In this document: positions 16,846 through 26,710 of the stretch, in pieces
Position numbering within the stretch: the first letter of the stretch is position 1
Layout: the number at the start of each line of letters is the position of its first letter
Source: Acetobacteraceae bacterium
Lineage (GTDB): Bacteria; Pseudomonadota; Alphaproteobacteria; Acetobacterales; Acetobacteraceae
NCBI GenBank assembly: GCA_035497095.1
Contig: DATJEA010000248.1
Location: 1 to 45,938 of the forward strand
Direction of reading: 5' to 3'
DNA: 45,938 bases
Notes under the pieces: generated by a model
The model's input: only the letters and a program-made list of their open reading frames with translations
The model's database searches: none
What the model was told of the DNA's origin: nothing
Program-made: the position numbers and the translations under genes

Positions 16846-19098
16846 ATGACCGATGGCGCGCCGATCCCCGGGGCCGCGCCGGTTTTGCGCCTGCCTGACG
16901 GGCGGCCGCTTGGCGAGGCTGGCGAGACCGTCGAGCGGCCGGTGGTCTCGATCGAGCCGCTGCTCGCCACTATCCGCAGCTACGAGCCCGATGCCGACCT
17001 GGCCAAGGTCACCCAGGCGTTCGAAGTGGCCAAAGCCGCGCATGCCGGTCAGCTGCGCGACGCCGGCGACCCCTACATCACCCATCCGGTCGCCGTGGCG
17101 GAGATTCTCGCCGGCTACCGGCTGGACACCGGCTCGATCGAGACCGCGCTGCTGCATGACGTGATCGAGGACACTGGCGTCACCCGCGAGACGCTGACCA
17201 GCAAGTTCGGCGCCGATGTGGCCGCCCTGGTCGACGGCGTGACCAAGCTGACCCGGCTGGAGCTCCAGTCCGACCGCACCAAGCAGGCGGAGAATTTCCG
17301 CAAGCTGGTGCTGGCGCTGTCGAAGGACATTCGCGTCCTGCTGGTCAAGCTGGCGGACCGGCTGCACAACATGCGCACCTTGTATTTCGTGCAAGACCCG
17401 GCCCGCCGCCTGCGCATCGCCCGCGAAACCATGGACATCTACGCGCCGCTGGCCGAACGCATCGGCATGGACGCGGTGAAGACCGAGTTGCAGACGCTGG
17501 CGTTCCAGCAGATCGAGCCGGAGGCGTTCGACACCATCCAGGCGCGGCTCAACTACCTGCGCGGCCAGGGCGCGGATGTGATCGAGGAGGTGCGCGCCGA
17601 GCTGGCGCATGTCTGCACCGGATACGGCGTCGCGGTGATCGAGGTCACCGGGCGCGAGAAATCACCGTATTCGATCTGGGAGAAGATGCAGCACCGCAAC
17701 GTGCAGTTCGAGCAGCTCTCCGACATCATGGCGTTCCGCATCGTGGTGCCGAGCCGCGAGGCCTGCTACGCGGCGCTGGGCGCGGTACACGCCGCCTATC
17801 CGGTGATCGCCGGCCGCTTCAAGGACTATATCTCGACGCCGAAGGCCAACGGCTACCAGTCGCTGCACACCGGCGTCACGCTGCGCGAGCCGCGCAACCA
17901 GAAGATCGAGGTGCAGATCCGCACGCCGGAGATGCACGCCATCGCCGAGAACGGCGTCGCCGCGCACTGGCTGTACAAGCAGCAGGAGGGCGAGCCGCAG
18001 CATTTCCGCTGGGTGCAGGATCTGCTGGAGATCCTGGAGAATTCGACGCCCGACGAGTTCCTTGAGAACACCAAGCTCGCGCTCTACCAGGACCAGGTGT
18101 TCTGCTTCACGCCGAAGGGCCAGCTGATCCAGTTGCCGCGCGGCGCCACGCCGGTGGATTTCGCCTATGCCGTGCACAGCCAGGTCGGCGACACCACGGT
18201 CGGCGCCAAGATCAATGGCCGGCTGATGCCGCTGCGCCACGAGTTGCAGAACGGCGACCAGGTGGAGATCATGACGGCGCGCGGCAACACGCCGAGCCCG
18301 CAATGGGAACGCTTCGTCGTCACCGGCAAGGCGCGCGCCCGCATCCGCCGCTTCGTGCAGGCCCAGCAGCGCCAGCATTACCGCGACATGGGGCGCACGG
18401 CGCTCGCCAAGGCATTCCGCGCCGAGGGGCTGGACGGCTCGGAGAAGGTGCTGGACGGCGCGCTGAAGCCGCTGAAGCAGCCGAGCCTGGACGATCTCTA
18501 TGTGGCGGTCGGCAACGGCAATGTCGGCCCGCGCGACGTGGTGACCGCGCTCTACCCCGAGCTTCGCCCGATGCCGCGCGCGCTGCCGATGCTGCCGGGC
18601 CGCACCACCCGGCCGGCCGGTGGTGGCGCGTTCGGCATGCCGATCAGCGGCCTGGTGCCGGGCATGGCGATCAACTACGCCGGCTGCTGCCATCCGCTGC
18701 CCGGCGACCGCATCGTCGGCATCGTCACCACCGGCAAGGGCGTCACCATCCACACCAAGGGTTGCGCCACGCTGGAGAACTTCGCCGCCACGCCGGAACG
18801 GTTCATCGACGTCGACTGGGAGCCCTCGGCGTTCGATACCATCCGGCCCAAGGGCGAGGGCCATACCGGACGCGTCAGCGTCACCGTCGACAACGATCCG
18901 GCGGCGCTGTCCAGCGTCACCACGATCATCTCCAAGCAGGGCGGCGAGGTGATGAACCTGCGCATCGTCAACCGCCAGAGCGAGTTCTGCGAGATGCTGA
19001 TCGATGTCGAGGTGCGCGACCTGCGCCAGTTAGTCGGCGTGATCGCCGGGCTGCGGGCGGCGCGCTACGTGCATCAGGCGGAACGGGCGAAGGCATGA
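16846..19098 (+). CDS. spoT: Bifunctional (p)ppGpp synthetase/hydrolase, RelA/SpoT homologue (Rsh)
   Basis: 750 aa. HD hydrolase motifs ([16 protein letters not shown]), synthetase motif ([19 protein letters not shown]), and TGS and C-terminal ACT-like regions are all visible. Confidence 0.95.
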   Translation: MTDGAPIPGAAPVLRLPDGRPLGEAGETVERPVVSIEPLLATIRSYEPDADLAKVTQAFEVAKAAHAGQLRDAGDPYITHPVAVAEILAGYRLDTGSIETALLHDVIEDTGVTRETLTSKFGADVAALVDGVTKLTRLELQSDRTKQAENFRKLVLALSKDIRVLLVKLADRLHNMRTLYFVQDPARRLRIARETMDIYAPLAERIGMDAVKTELQTLAFQQIEPEAFDTIQARLNYLRGQGADVIEEVRAELAHVCTGYGVAVIEVTGREKSPYSIWEKMQHRNVQFEQLSDIMAFRIVVPSREACYAALGAVHAAYPVIAGRFKDYISTPKANGYQSLHTGVTLREPRNQKIEVQIRTPEMHAIAENGVAAHWLYKQQEGEPQHFRWVQDLLEILENSTPDEFLENTKLALYQDQVFCFTPKGQLIQLPRGATPVDFAYAVHSQVGDTTVGAKINGRLMPLRHELQNGDQVEIMTARGNTPSPQWERFVVTGKARARIRRFVQAQQRQHYRDMGRTALAKAFRAEGLDGSEKVLDGALKPLKQPSLDDLYVAVGNGNVGPRDVVTALYPELRPMPRALPMLPGRTTRPAGGGAFGMPISGLVPGMAINYAGCCHPLPGDRIVGIVTTGKGVTIHTKGCATLENFAATPERFIDVDWEPSAFDTIRPKGEGHTGRVSVTVDNDPAALSSVTTIISKQGGEVMNLRIVNRQSEFCEMLIDVEVRDLRQLVGVIAGLRAARYVHQAERAKA

Positions 19099-19505
19099 TC
19101 ATCGGGCTCGGCAGCGACATCTGCGATATCCGCCGGGTGGAGCGCACGCTGGAACGGTTCGGCGAGCGCTTCACCGGCCGCGTATTCACCGAAACCGAGC
19201 AGCGCAAGGCCGAGCGCCGCAATGGCCGCAACCGCGCCGGCACCTACGCCAAGCGGTTCGCCGCCAAGGAAGCCTGCGCGAAGGCGCTCGGCACCGGCTT
19301 CGCCCGCGGCGTGTTCATGTCCGAGTTGGGCGTGGTCAACTTGCCCGGCGGGCAGCCGACGCTGCGCCTGGCCGGCGCCGCCGCCATCCGCCTCGCCGCG
19401 CTGACACCGCCAGGCATGCGCGCCCGCATCGACCTGTCGATGACCGACGAATATCCCTATGCCTACGCCCAGGTGATCATCTCGGCCGAGCCCGACGCCA
19501 CATGA
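19095..19505 (+). CDS. acpS: Holo-[acyl-carrier-protein] synthase
   Basis: It begins [16 protein letters not shown], contains [14 protein letters not shown], and is 136 aa long. ATGA overlap with the spoT stop. Confidence 0.9.
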   Translation: MIIGLGSDICDIRRVERTLERFGERFTGRVFTETEQRKAERRNGRNRAGTYAKRFAAKEACAKALGTGFARGVFMSELGVVNLPGGQPTLRLAGAAAIRLAALTPPGMRARIDLSMTDEYPYAYAQVIISAEPDAT

Positions 19506-19612
19506 CGCCCCTCTCCGCCCAGCCCCGGCGTTGCTTGACAGCAGGGGAGTCCGTGGGCTTCATCCGAGCCTGTTTTCGCTCGGAACCGTTATCATGATGG
19601 CACACCCCTCGC

Positions 19613-20350
19613 ATGGCTAAACGTTCGTCCGGCCTGGTCGAGAACATCAAGACGATCTTCTATGCCGGCCTCATCGCCGTCGGCATCCGCACCGTGGCGT
19701 TCGAGCCGTTCAACATCCCATCCGGTTCGATGATCCCGACGCTCCTGGTCGGCGACTACCTGTTCGTCTCGAAATACAGCTACGGCTATTCCCGCTTCTC
19801 GCTGCCGATGTCGCCGCCGCTGTTCACCGGGCGTATCTTCGGCCAACTGCCCAAGCGCGGCGACGTCGCGGTGTTCAAGCTGCCGCGCGACGACAGCACC
19901 GACTACATCAAGCGCATCGTCGGCCTGCCCGGCGATACCGTGCAGATGAAGGCCGGCGAACTGTATATCAACGATAAGCTGGTGCCGCGCATTCCCGAGG
20001 GCTACTACGTCACCGACGACACCGGCGTGCGCACCCAGGTCAGACGGTACCAGGAAGATCTGCCGGGTGGCAAAAAGCACGACATCATCAAGGAATACGA
20101 CCAGGGCGGGCTGAACGACACGCAGAAATTCGTGATCCCCGCTGGCCATGTGTTCGCCATGGGCGACAACCGCGACAACAGCTCGGACAGCCGCGACCCG
20201 AATGGCGGCGTCGGCTTCATCCCGCTGGAAAACCTGATCGGCCGCGCCGAATTCATCTTCTTCTCGGTCAACGCCACCTCGCCCTGGTACGAAGTCTGGG
20301 AGTGGCCGTTCGAAATCCGTTGGGGCCGGCTGTTTTCCGGCATCACCTGA
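19613..20350 (+). CDS. lepB: Signal peptidase I
   Basis: Catalytic Ser box PSGSMIPTL, Lys box YIKRIVGLPGD, and GDNRDNSSDSR box. Confidence 0.9.
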   Translation: MAKRSSGLVENIKTIFYAGLIAVGIRTVAFEPFNIPSGSMIPTLLVGDYLFVSKYSYGYSRFSLPMSPPLFTGRIFGQLPKRGDVAVFKLPRDDSTDYIKRIVGLPGDTVQMKAGELYINDKLVPRIPEGYYVTDDTGVRTQVRRYQEDLPGGKKHDIIKEYDQGGLNDTQKFVIPAGHVFAMGDNRDNSSDSRDPNGGVGFIPLENLIGRAEFIFFSVNATSPWYEVWEWPFEIRWGRLFSGIT

Positions 20351-20365
20351 CCCGATCGCCGCGTC

Positions 20366-21109
20366 ATGAAACCGGCCGCGCCGCCCGCCCGCGACGATAC
20401 CGACCAGGCCGCCGCCGACCTGCTGGGCCATCGCTTTGCCCGCCCCGCCCTGCTGCACGAGGCGCTGATGCACCGCTCGGCGCTGCAGGCCATGCAGCAC
20501 CGCCGCCCGCGCCACACCCGCTCCACTGGTGCCGGCTCCAACGAACGGCTGGAATTCATTGGCGACCGGGTGCTCGGCCTGATCGTCGCCGAATGGCTGT
20601 CCGAACGCTTCCCCGACGAGCAGGAGGGTCAGCTCGGGCCACGCCTGGCGCAACTGGTCTCGCAGCCGGTGCTGGCCGAGATCGCCGAGCGGGTCGGCCT
20701 GCCGGCGCTGCTCTGGGTCGGCAACAGCGAGGCCAAGGCCGGGGTTCGCCGCCGCGCCACCGTGCTGTCGGACGCGATGGAAGCGATGATCGGCGCACTC
20801 TACCTCGACGCCGGCCTCGCCCCGGCCCGCGCCTTCGTCCGCCGGGTATGGCAGGAGGCAATGACCAACCAGTCAGCGCCGCCAAAAGACGCCAAAAGCG
20901 GCCTGCAGGAATACCTGCTGGCCCGCGGTGCGGCGCTGCCGGAATACCGCATCGTCTCGCGCGAAGGCCCGCCGCACAACCCGGTGTTCGTGATCGCCGC
21001 GCACGGGCTCGGGCAGTCCGCCACCGGCACCGCCGGCAGCAAGCAGATGGCCGAACGGCTCGCCGCCGCAGCCCTGCTGGCTCAATTGCAACAGGACACA
21101 CCGTCATGA
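20366..21109 (+). CDS. rnc: Ribonuclease III
   Basis: RNase III signature NERLEFIGDRVLG plus a C-terminal dsRBD (KSGLQEYL...PEYRIV...GPPHNPVF). Confidence 0.9.
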   Translation: MKPAAPPARDDTDQAAADLLGHRFARPALLHEALMHRSALQAMQHRRPRHTRSTGAGSNERLEFIGDRVLGLIVAEWLSERFPDEQEGQLGPRLAQLVSQPVLAEIAERVGLPALLWVGNSEAKAGVRRRATVLSDAMEAMIGALYLDAGLAPARAFVRRVWQEAMTNQSAPPKDAKSGLQEYLLARGAALPEYRIVSREGPPHNPVFVIAAHGLGQSATGTAGSKQMAERLAAAALLAQLQQDTPS

Positions 21110-21999
21110 CCCGCTGCGGCTTCGTCGCCATCGTCGGCGCCCCCAATGCCGGCAAGTCGACGCTGCTGAACCGGCTCACCGGCGCCAAGCTTTCCATCGT
21201 CTCGCCCAAGGCGCAGACCACGCGCTTTCGCGTGCTCGGCATATTGATGCGCGGCGAGAGCCAGATCCTGCTGGTCGACACCCCCGGCATCTTCAAGCCG
21301 AAGCGCCGGCTGGACCGCGCCATGGTCCGCGCCGCCTGGACCGGCGCCGAGGATGCCGACCTGGTGCTGCTGCTGGTCGACGCCAAGACCGGCCTCACCC
21401 CCGCGGTGCGCGACATCGCCGAAAGCCTGGCCGCTCGCAACGGCAAAGCCTGGCTGGTGTTGAACAAGTCCGACCTGGTCCCGCCTGCCCGCCTGCTGCC
21501 GCTCACCGCCGAGCTCAACGCCATCGCCAGCTTCGAACACACCTACATGGTCAGCGCGGCGCACGGCGATGGCCTGGACGTGCTGCTCGACGCGCTGGCC
21601 GGCGCGGTGGCCGAGGGACCGCATCTCTACCCCGAGGACGATCTCACCGACCTGCCCGACCGCCTGCTCGCCGCCGAGATCGTGCGCGAGCAGATCTTCA
21701 TGCAGACCCACGAGGAAGTCCCCTACGCCGCCACCGTGGAAACCGAAGCCTTCCAGGAACGCCGCGACGGCTCGGTGCGGATCGAAGCCACCATCTACGT
21801 CGCCCGCGCCAGCCACAAGGCGATCCTGATCGGCGCCGGCGGCGCCCGCATCAAGGAAATCGGCGCCCGCGCCCGCGCCCAACTCGGCGACCTGCTGGAA
21901 CGCCGCGTGCACCTGTTCCTCAACGTCAAGGAACGCGCCGGCTGGGATGAGGAAGGCGCACGGCTGCGGGCGATCGGGTTGGATACCAGCGAAGAGTAG
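21106..21999 (+). CDS. era: GTPase Era
   Basis: G1 GAPNAGKST, G3 DTPG, G4 NKSD and a C-terminal KH domain. ATGA overlap with the rnc stop. The TAG stop lies at the edge of repeat copy 2. Confidence 0.95.
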   Translation: MTRCGFVAIVGAPNAGKSTLLNRLTGAKLSIVSPKAQTTRFRVLGILMRGESQILLVDTPGIFKPKRRLDRAMVRAAWTGAEDADLVLLLVDAKTGLTPAVRDIAESLAARNGKAWLVLNKSDLVPPARLLPLTAELNAIASFEHTYMVSAAHGDGLDVLLDALAGAVAEGPHLYPEDDLTDLPDRLLAAEIVREQIFMQTHEEVPYAATVETEAFQERRDGSVRIEATIYVARASHKAILIGAGGARIKEIGARARAQLGDLLERRVHLFLNVKERAGWDEEGARLRAIGLDTSEE

Positions 22000-22136
22000 G
22001 AAAGCAGTTCTTTTTTGCAAAAAAGAACCAAAAAAACTCTCATTCGCCTTGCACCACCGGAGCGCGGGGAACGCCGTACACTCCAATGGATAGAAAGTTT
22101 TTTTGCTTCTTTTTGTTCACAAAAAGAAGACCTTCC
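21996..22136 (-). repeat. MITE-like AT-rich nested-palindrome element, copy 2 (full)
   Basis: The left end is GTAGGAAAGCAGTTCTTTTTTGCAAAAAAGAACCAAAAAAAC. The GC-rich centre is GGAGCGCGGGGAACGCCGTACACTCC. The right end is GTTTTTTTGCTTCTTTTTGTTCACAAAAAGAAGACCTTCC. Confidence 0.9.
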
Positions 22137-22153
22137 CTTCCCTGGCCGCCGCG

Positions 22154-22405
22154 TCACCCCTCCGCGTCATCCTCGTCCGGCTGGTTGTAATACCAGTCCA
22201 GCACCTCGTCGTGGAAATCCGGGTCCTTCAGCAGCCGCATCGCCAGCGCCAGCACGATCTCGGGTGCCGCCGGCAACTCCTCGGCATCATCCGGCATTTC
22301 CACCCCGGCGACGACGCGAACCGACATCGAGCCGTCCTCCTCGCCGATGATCAGGGCGACTTCCGTCGCATCCAGTTCCACTTTCAGCGTCGATTCTGCC
22401 GACAT
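22154..22405 (-). CDS. Small, highly acidic hypothetical protein (83 aa)
   Basis: GC3-rich codon use, with GAAGGGA 8 nt upstream of the ATG. I count about 24 Asp/Glu against 4 Lys/Arg. I recognised no family. It is divergent from pqiA. Confidence 0.5.
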   Translation of the reverse strand: MSAESTLKVELDATEVALIIGEEDGSMSVRVVAGVEMPDDAEELPAAPEIVLALAMRLLKDPDFHDEVLDWYYNQPDEDDAEG

Positions 22406-22580
22406 CGCCGGATCCCTTCACGTTCCGGCGCCTGCTTAGAGGGGTTTGCGCCGGATTGGAACCGCTGCCGCCCAGCTTTCTCGCGCCCGGCATCGCGGTC
22501 GCCGCTGTCACATCTTCGGGACCGCCCGGAAAACCGGCCACGCTGTCCCAAATTCGCCCCGCTTGTGCGATAAGCCCCGC

Positions 22581-23870
22581 ATGATGGACACGACGCTGCC
22601 ATCCCCGGCCGCCGCGACGCCCGCCCACCCGGCGGCGCGCCAGCATGCCTGCCCGGATTGCGGCCTGTTCCTGCGCATTCCGCCGCTGCCGCGCGGCGCC
22701 ACCGCGCGCTGCCCGCGCTGCAACGCGCTGCTGCGCCGCCGTCGGGTCAACCCGCATGGCCGCGCGCTGGCGATGGCCATCACCGGCCTGCTGCTGTTCG
22801 CCATCGCCACCCAGATGCCGTTCATGGACATGGATCTGGGCGGCCGGGAACGCGCCACCACGCTGATCAGCGGCCCGGTGGAACTGGGCGACAGCGGGCT
22901 GTGGATTCTCGGCCTGGTGGTGCTGGCCACCACCATCGCCGCGCCGCTGCTGAAGCTGGCGGCCACTGCCTGGGTGCTGATCGCCATGCGCTTCAGCCAT
23001 CCACCCCGCCACCTGGTGGTGGTGTTCCGCTGGGTGGAGCGGCTGGCCCCCTGGTCGATGGTCGAAGTCTTCCTGCTCGGCGTGTTCGTCGCCTACACCA
23101 AGCTCACCGATCTCGCCCATGTCCAGGTTGGCCTCGCGGTCTACGCCATGGGCGGGCTGATGGTGGCGATGGCCGCTACCGACGTGGCGCTGGACGATGA
23201 GGGGGTGTGGAACACGCTGGAGCGCAAGGGCGTCACCGCAACCCCGATGCCGGCGGCACAGGGCCACGGCCCGCCGATCGCCTGCACCTGCTGCGGCCTG
23301 GTCAGCCGCCCGTTGCACAGCGGGCACCGGGCCAAGCCGCATTGCCCGCGCTGCGGCGCCAGGCTGCGCCACCGGCAGGAGAACAGCATCGCACGCAGTT
23401 GGGCGCTGCTGCTGGCCGCCGCCGTGCTGTACATCCCGGCCAACACGCTGCCGGTGATGACCGTGGTCAGCTTCGGCCATGGCGAGGCAGATACCATCTT
23501 TTCCGGCGTGGTCTCGCTGGCCAATTCCGGCATGTGGCCGCTCGCAGCTCTGGTGTTCTTCGCCTCGATCACCGTGCCGGTGATGAAATTGCTGAGCATG
23601 AGCCTGCTGCTGGCCACTACGCGGCGCGGTTCCAGGCGATGGCTGCGGCAGCGCACGGTGTTATATCGCATAACTGATTCGATTGGCCGCTGGTCGATGA
23701 TCGACGTGTTCATGATCTCCATCCTCACTGCCCTGGTCCGCATGGGGGCGATCGCCTCGGTGCATCCCGGCCCAGGCGTGCTGGCGTTCTGCGCGGTGGT
23801 GATCCTGACCATGCTGGGCGCCGAAGCGTTCGATCCGCGCCTGATGTGGGACGCGGCGCGGCGCAAATGA
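22581..23870 (+). CDS. pqiA: Paraquat-inducible protein A (two PqiA repeats, integral membrane)
   Basis: Two copies of a zinc-ribbon-like motif (CPDCG...CPRC and CTCCG...CPRCG), each followed by TM bundles, which is the PqiA duplication architecture. Confidence 0.85.
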   Translation: MMDTTLPSPAAATPAHPAARQHACPDCGLFLRIPPLPRGATARCPRCNALLRRRRVNPHGRALAMAITGLLLFAIATQMPFMDMDLGGRERATTLISGPVELGDSGLWILGLVVLATTIAAPLLKLAATAWVLIAMRFSHPPRHLVVVFRWVERLAPWSMVEVFLLGVFVAYTKLTDLAHVQVGLAVYAMGGLMVAMAATDVALDDEGVWNTLERKGVTATPMPAAQGHGPPIACTCCGLVSRPLHSGHRAKPHCPRCGARLRHRQENSIARSWALLLAAAVLYIPANTLPVMTVVSFGHGEADTIFSGVVSLANSGMWPLAALVFFASITVPVMKLLSMSLLLATTRRGSRRWLRQRTVLYRITDSIGRWSMIDVFMISILTALVRMGAIASVHPGPGVLAFCAVVILTMLGAEAFDPRLMWDAARRK

Positions 23871-25543
23871 CCCTGCCCCCCTCCCCGCCCGCACCCCCGC
23901 CGGCTGCGCCACCCCCGCCGCCACCGACTCCGCGCCCGCCGGACGATCAGACGGAGCAGGAGCTTCCCAGCGCAAATGTACGCGGCCGCCGGCTGTTGTC
24001 GCCGATCTGGGCGATCCCGATCGTCGCCGTACTGATCGCCGCCTTCCTCGGCTGGACCACGCTGGCGTCGCGCGGGCCGGTGATCACCGTCACCTTCAAC
24101 TCTGCCGACGGGCTGGTCGCCGGGCAGACCAAGGTGAAGCACAAATCGGTGGACATCGGCACCGTCACCGGCATCAGCCTCACGCCCGATCTGCGGGCAG
24201 TCCGGGTGCGGGTGCAGATGCGCCAGGAGGCGGCCGGCCGGATCTCCGATCACAGCCAGTTCTGGGTGGTCCGCCCGCGCCTGACGCCGGGCAATATCTC
24301 CGGCCTCGATACCCTGGTCTCCGGCGCCTATATCAGCATGGACCCCGGCGCGCCGGGCGGCCAGCCGAAGCTCGCTTTCACCGGCCTCGAAGAACCGCCG
24401 GCGATCCGCTCGGACGAGCCGGGCACCACCTTCCAGCTTAGGGCGCGGCGCCTCGGCTCGCTGGGCAGCGGCTCGCCGGTGATCTTCAACGACATCAAGG
24501 CCGGCGAGGTGCTCGGCTATGATCTCGGCCCGAACGGCGACAGCGTCACCCTGCATGTGTTCGTCGCCTCGCCGTATGACGCCTATGTGCACGAGGGCAC
24601 CCAGTTCTGGAACGCCTCCGGCATTTCCGTCGATCTCGGCGCCAATGGCGTGCAGATACGGCTGTCGAGCCTGCTCTCGGCGGTCACCGGCGGCATCGCC
24701 TTCAGCACCCCGGCCAACGGGCGCGATACCCCGCGCGCCCAACGCGACGCCAGCTTCACGCTATATCGTGACCGGGCGGCGGCGAAATCCGCTTCGTTCC
24801 ATGCCTCGCTGAAATTGGTCAGCTATTTCACCCAGTCGGTGCGCGGCCTGGCGGTCGGCGCGCCGGTGGAAATCTTCGGCCAGCAGGTCGGCACCGTCAC
24901 GGGTATCAGGCTGGATTTCGACCCGCTGGCCGGCCATCCCCGCGCCGCCGTCGAATACGTGGTGCAGCCGGAGCGGGTGTTCCCATTCGAGCAGGGCGAC
25001 GCCGTGCTGGGCAACGCCAAGGCGGTGACGCAGCGGCTGCTCGATCAGGGCATGCGGGTGCAACTGGCCAGCGCCAACCTGTTGACCGGGCAGCAGGTGC
25101 TGTCGCTCACCTTCGACGCCAATGCGCCCAAGGCCGAGGTGAGCGGGGTCGGTGGCCGGATGGTGCTGCCCAGCATCCCCGGCGGGCTGGACGAGCTGAT
25201 GGCCAGTGCCGGCGCCATCCTGGACAAGGTGAAGGCGCTGAAGCTCGATGAGGTGGTCTCCAACCTCAATGCCACGCTGGCCGCCGCCCACGGCCTGCTG
25301 AGCGGCAAGGCGGCCGAGCAACTGCCGGCGCTGACCAGCAGTCTGCAAACCGCGCTGAACCGCACCAACACGCTGCTGGCCTCCGCCGATGCCGGCTATG
25401 GCGCCAATTCGCCGTTCCATCGCGACATGGACCGGCTGCTGTCGCAGATCGGTGACGCGGCGCGCTCGGTGCGGCTGCTGGCCGACTACCTCAACCAGCA
25501 CCCGGACGCGCTGCTGCGCGGCCGCTCCGGTGGAAGGAACTGA
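23867..25543 (+). CDS. pqiB: Intermembrane transport protein PqiB (multi-MCE domain)
   Basis: ATGA overlap with the pqiA stop. It has a TM anchor (SPIWAIPIVAVLIAAFLGW), repeated MCE modules and a C-terminal helical region. The N-terminus is proline-rich. Confidence 0.85.
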   Translation: MTLPPSPPAPPPAAPPPPPPTPRPPDDQTEQELPSANVRGRRLLSPIWAIPIVAVLIAAFLGWTTLASRGPVITVTFNSADGLVAGQTKVKHKSVDIGTVTGISLTPDLRAVRVRVQMRQEAAGRISDHSQFWVVRPRLTPGNISGLDTLVSGAYISMDPGAPGGQPKLAFTGLEEPPAIRSDEPGTTFQLRARRLGSLGSGSPVIFNDIKAGEVLGYDLGPNGDSVTLHVFVASPYDAYVHEGTQFWNASGISVDLGANGVQIRLSSLLSAVTGGIAFSTPANGRDTPRAQRDASFTLYRDRAAAKSASFHASLKLVSYFTQSVRGLAVGAPVEIFGQQVGTVTGIRLDFDPLAGHPRAAVEYVVQPERVFPFEQGDAVLGNAKAVTQRLLDQGMRVQLASANLLTGQQVLSLTFDANAPKAEVSGVGGRMVLPSIPGGLDELMASAGAILDKVKALKLDEVVSNLNATLAAAHGLLSGKAAEQLPALTSSLQTALNRTNTLLASADAGYGANSPFHRDMDRLLSQIGDAARSVRLLADYLNQHPDALLRGRSGGRN

Positions 25544-25545
25544 CG

Positions 25546-26109
25546 ATGCGCATCACCACGCTGCTTCTGCTCGCCCTGCTGGCCGGCTGCGCCTCGCCGC
25601 CGCCACCGGCCCTGTTCACCCTCGCCGCGGTGCCGGGCGCCACGCTGCCGGCCAAGGCGGGTGGGATCGAGTTGCGCCAGGTCGGGCTGGCCGGCTACCT
25701 CGACCGCAACGACATCGTCCGCAGCGCCGCCGGCTACCAATTGTCACTCACCACCAACCAGCGCTGGGCCGAGCCGCTGGGCAAGATGCTGGACCGGGTG
25801 CTGGCCCAGGATCTGGCGCAGCGCCTGCCGAACAGCACGGTGTTCACCGAATCCGGCGCGATCCAGGGCAACGCGGCGCTGATCGTGGAAATCAACATCC
25901 AGCGCCTGGACGCCGACGCCGACGGCGCCGTGGTGCTGCAGGCCCAGGTGGGGCTGCGCCCGGACGGCCGCAAGCAATCACCGCGCACCGACAGCATCCG
26001 CCTCACCGCCAGACCCGCCGGCCCCGGCACGCCGGAATTGGTCGCGACGATGAGCGGGCTGCTCGGGCAGTTGGCGGACCGGGTGGCGGCGATGGTCGGG
26101 CAGAAGTAA
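25546..26109 (+). CDS. pqiC: PqiC/YmbA-like lipoprotein (ABC-type transport auxiliary component, DUF330)
   Basis: It has the lipobox LLAGC at residues 12-15, is 187 aa long, and lies 2 nt after pqiB, in the canonical pqiABC order. Confidence 0.75.
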   Translation: MRITTLLLLALLAGCASPPPPALFTLAAVPGATLPAKAGGIELRQVGLAGYLDRNDIVRSAAGYQLSLTTNQRWAEPLGKMLDRVLAQDLAQRLPNSTVFTESGAIQGNAALIVEINIQRLDADADGAVVLQAQVGLRPDGRKQSPRTDSIRLTARPAGPGTPELVATMSGLLGQLADRVAAMVGQK

Positions 26110-26116
26110 AATCGGT

Positions 26117-26710
26117 TTACCGCGTCTGCGCCAAAGCCCGCAAACCCCGCGCGCCGGCGGACTGGCCCATCAGCGTGACGCGGGCGGGGTCGCCGCCGAA
26201 CGCGGCGATGTTGGCCCGCGCCCAGCGCAGGGCGGCGATCATGTCCAGCAGCGCCATGTTGCCGTCCGCGACGCCGGGCAGATGCAGGAAGCCGAGCGCG
26301 CCGAGGCGGTAGTTGGCGGCGACGAACACCACATCGCCGTCGCGGGCGAGATGCGCGCCGTCATACCGGTCCAGCGAGCCGGTGCCGGTGAAATAGGCGC
26401 CGCCATGCCGCCAGACGATCACCGGCCTTGCGCCGCTGGTGGAAGGCGTGGCGATGGTGAGGGTGAGGCAGTCCTCCGAGTGCGGACGGTCGAAATCGCC
26501 CATCGCGGCGCGCAGGCGGGAGGGCGGTTGCGGGGCGATCGGGCCATGCGTGGTGGCGTCATGCAAGCCGGCCCAGGCAGCGGGCGGCTGCGGCGGGGCG
26601 AAGCGCAATTTGCCGGCCGGCGGTGCGGCGTAGCGGATGTTGCGGAAGTTCAGCACGCCATTGGCGGCAAAGCCCTGGAGGTCGCGTTGCAGTGTGTGGG
26701 CAATGGTCAT
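26117..26710 (-). pseudogene. Truncated type-B carboxylesterase paralogue (N-terminal 190 aa only)
   Basis: It aligns by eye with residues 1-190 of the upstream full-length esterase, for example NFRNIRYAAPPAGKLRFAPPQP, HGPIAPQ, EDCLTLTI, WRHGGAYFTG, ANYRLGALGFLHLPG and FGGDPARVTLMGQSAGA. It ends 10 codons after the GQSAG nucleophile elbow. The acid and His parts of the triad are missing. Confidence 0.75.

Noticed and set aside
21996-22136. Whether the repeat hairpins are classical Rho-independent terminators.
   Set aside because: Read from outside inwards on either strand, each A/T-rich hairpin is followed by an A-run. The U-run comes before the second hairpin, which is the wrong order for canonical intrinsic termination. 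A terminator or processing role is still possible but cannot be claimed from sequence.
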